DNA of 63,126 bases, filler included, from Porpidia crustulata (taxonomy: Eukaryota): assembly GCA_964255105.1 (NCBI GenBank). It is 4 parts of 4 records of this genome, joined end to end, with 100 filler letters (N's around TTAATTAATTAA, not from the genome) between each part and the next. Parts side by side here need not be neighbours in the genome. Positions count along the whole stretch, not along the records: positions 47,446 to 63,126 come from CAXUWE010000287.1; 3 more parts are not named here. One strand, written 5' to 3'. A program made the translations under genes and the position numbers. The notes under the pieces were generated by a model. That model worked only from the letters and a program-made list of their open reading frames with translations. It did not search any database and was not told the DNA's origin. This document shows, piece by piece, positions 60,688-63,126 of this stretch. Numbering within the stretch: the first letter of the stretch is position 1; the number at the start of each line of letters is the position of its first letter.

Positions 60688-61545
60688 TGATCAAAGGCAT
60701 GGTAAGGGCAGTCTCGGAAAGTTAGCATTAACGATTTTGTAACAATCCGAAGCTTGTACAATACTGCGTCATATCAATCCTGTGTCTATAGTCGAGTATG
60801 AAGTATTTGCCCTTCTTTTCAATCTGAAGTTGCAAAAGTTTAAGGCAGTCATGTCTCTCGCAATTATCGCATCCCAGGAGTCCACCAGGTGTCAGTAGAA
60901 GCTTCTCCTCGCTGTTGCCTTCGAGAAAGAAATGTCAACGCCTATTCGAGTCAGATATCTCCCTTTGCTCGCACATGCACCTCAAGAGTTGACGTGGAGC
61001 CTTATCAAGCCTGCATCTGTTACTGAAGCGTGCCCTATATCCTGCAGCTGTTCATATTCTATGTAGCGATTTGACGGGTTTTCCACCCAGAACTTGCAAG
61101 ACTGAGAATGCCGCATTTTGCTAGTGCCTCATTTTGTTTGAATCCATTGGATGGGCTTGCAGATTTGGTTACTCGGCCGCCTCCTAACACAAGCTCACGA
61201 GGCGCTGCTAGGGTGGGTTGCCCCATGATATCTATGTGTTGCTGAAGCATCACGTCCAGAATTCATTCTCCATTCACAGAGGAACCGGAATTGGAACGGC
61301 GAATTCGAAGCTAGCAAAGTCCTTCAAGGTGAATTAGACGTGAATAACCCCATAAAGCTTTGCGTGGGAAAGCGATCCTTTCTTCACTTTTGCAAGACGT
61401 ACACTTCAAAATTAAGTAAGGATTTGACAGTGATTAGCAGCCGAGAGGTAGGTAGGTAGTCGGCTCCTGCTTGTAGTATCTATTCGAGAGCCGCATCATT
61501 TCTATCAGATTGCGTCGTCTATTCATTTTGCAATAAGATGGACGT

Positions 61546-63126
61546 CTACAGCTTTGAAGATCCTCTGGGCCGTTCCAACAGCTTTGTCTGATACTGGTAA
61601 TTCTTGACAAGCTGTCTTACGGCCAGATCTAGCATGACATCTTCTGATCCACCAGGAATCTTGGCCCCAGGAACTTCGCGATAAATTCCTAAATGGCAAT
61701 TCAATTAGCAAATGCATGTGGGTACAAGAACAGTCCAAGACTCACTCTCAGCAATCTCGCCACGTCCTGTTTTTGTGAAGCCATTTCCTCCAAACAGCAA
61801 CACTGCACATCGTGCACACTCATCGAATACGATCCCGGCTTGTGCCTTTGCAAGAGCCGTCAAACCACCCAATTTCAGGTCTGCTTCTTTTTTGGGTAAT
61901 TTTGTCATCTGATAGACGAATTGCTCGATCCAAGCAGATTGACTCTCAACCATAGCTCCACACTTTGCGAGCCTATGTCGCACAACTGGCTGATCCACCA
62001 AGATCTTGCCGAATGCTTCACGCTGCATACAGTACTCAAACGCAGCAGACAAAGCGACACGAGCTGTTCTTACGACTCCAATGGCGATGGTAAGACGTTC
62101 GTGATTAAAATTCGTCATAATGTACATCATCCCCATGCCTTCTTCACCAATTAGATTCTCCACGGGGACTTTGACGTCCTCGAGCTCGATAAAGGTAGTA
62201 CCGCCGGTGAGTTGCCCGGATACCTTCATGCGGCGCATTGTGACCCCAGGATAATCTAGAAGTGGAACCACGAGCAGAGAAAGGCCAGTGGGTCCAGGAC
62301 CAGAGGTACGAACAGCCATGGTGGAGTACGCAGACCATATACCATTTGTGATCCTATGAATTTGTGAGCATGCTTTGAGGGAGTCATCCAAATCTATTGG
62401 AATAATTAGAAATGAAGGCAGTGCTCAACATGGAAGCAAGTGTGAATAAAGATAGTCAACGGAATAGGAGCTGCTGTCTTGTAAGAAATACATTTTGTAA
62501 AGTCAGCATACCATTTCTTTATGCCATTGATAATGTAATATTTCCCATCCGGCGTCTTGGTGGCCGTCGTTTGAATATTCGCAACATCGGACCCAGCCTC
62601 CGGCTCTGTGATGGCAATACAGGTCCGCTTCTTTCCTAGCAAAAGATCTGGCAGGAACCTCTCTTGCAGTTGCTTGTTTCCAAATTTCAGCAACGGAGGG
62701 ACACCGTACGACATGCCAGTTGTCAGCGAAGCTGGTGGCCCGGCCAAGCCAGACCTGGACATCTATGGTTTCGTTAGTACCTCTGCTGTGAATTGCGATG
62801 TCAGTTTGGTCCATTGGTAGTTACCTCATCTGTGAAGATAGCCGTGTGCATATAATCCCACTCCTCCACCTTGACCCCGAGCACGTCATGTATCCCTAAT
62901 TTCTTTAACCATTCCACCGGCAGCGGTGCTGGTAAACTCGGAATCAGCATGTTGGCAGCGGCGAATTTATCAAAAACGTGAGCAGGGACTGTCTCTTCGC
63001 GCTCCCATTCCATGGCATGCTGGAGAAGATTCTCCTCGATGAACGCGCGACAAGCTTTCTGGAACTTAAGGTGCGAGGGGCCATAATAGGGCGATGGGAG
63101 GCCGGCGAGGTATGGCGGCTCTGAGA
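61546..63126 (-). CDS. Acyl-CoA dehydrogenase (5' truncated at contig end)
   Basis: Motifs AMEWEREETVP, CIAITEPEAGSDVANIQT, YIINGIKKWITNG, NFNHERL, QREAFGK, LLFGGNG and IPGGSEDVMLDL. Stop TAG at 61548-61546. Confidence 0.93.

Noticed and set aside
61465..61490. TGTAGTATCT resembling the U2 snRNA branch-pairing region
   Set aside because: Flanks do not match U2 and no Sm site or stems are evident.

Overview
Eukaryotic DNA from a filamentous ascomycete (Pezizomycotina; short GT-AG introns with CTAAC-type branch points). It is not one locus. Three identical 100-nt spacers (44 N + TTAATTAATTAA + 44 N) split it into four contigs of 15739, 15722, 15684 and 15681 nt, sorted by size, so adjacency across spacers means nothing. 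Contig 1 holds WHI2 (3' truncated), a P450, a PTH11-like membrane protein, a CYP7/8-like P450 and a PDR ABC transporter. Contig 2 holds PTEN/TEP1, a BSP-family HExxH peptidase, STU1/CLASP and a LIM-RhoGAP. Contig 3 begins with a decayed accessory zone (MITE, TK-like kinase, relics) followed by a CE4 deacetylase, otubain, CSN2 and CWC25. Contig 4 holds an SRPK-like kinase, a kinase and a hypothetical gene each broken by one in-frame TAG, a pseudogenised hydrolase-NACHT NLR, an intronless GST::CmcJ/NvfI-type oxygenase fusion and an acyl-CoA dehydrogenase. Best leads: (1) the GST-oxygenase fusion; (2) single in-frame TAGs at apparent Trp positions (restorative A-to-I editing versus RIP or decay); (3) a long AUG-free N-terminal extension of WHI2 with a near-cognate start. 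All family calls come from motif recognition by eye; no searches were run.
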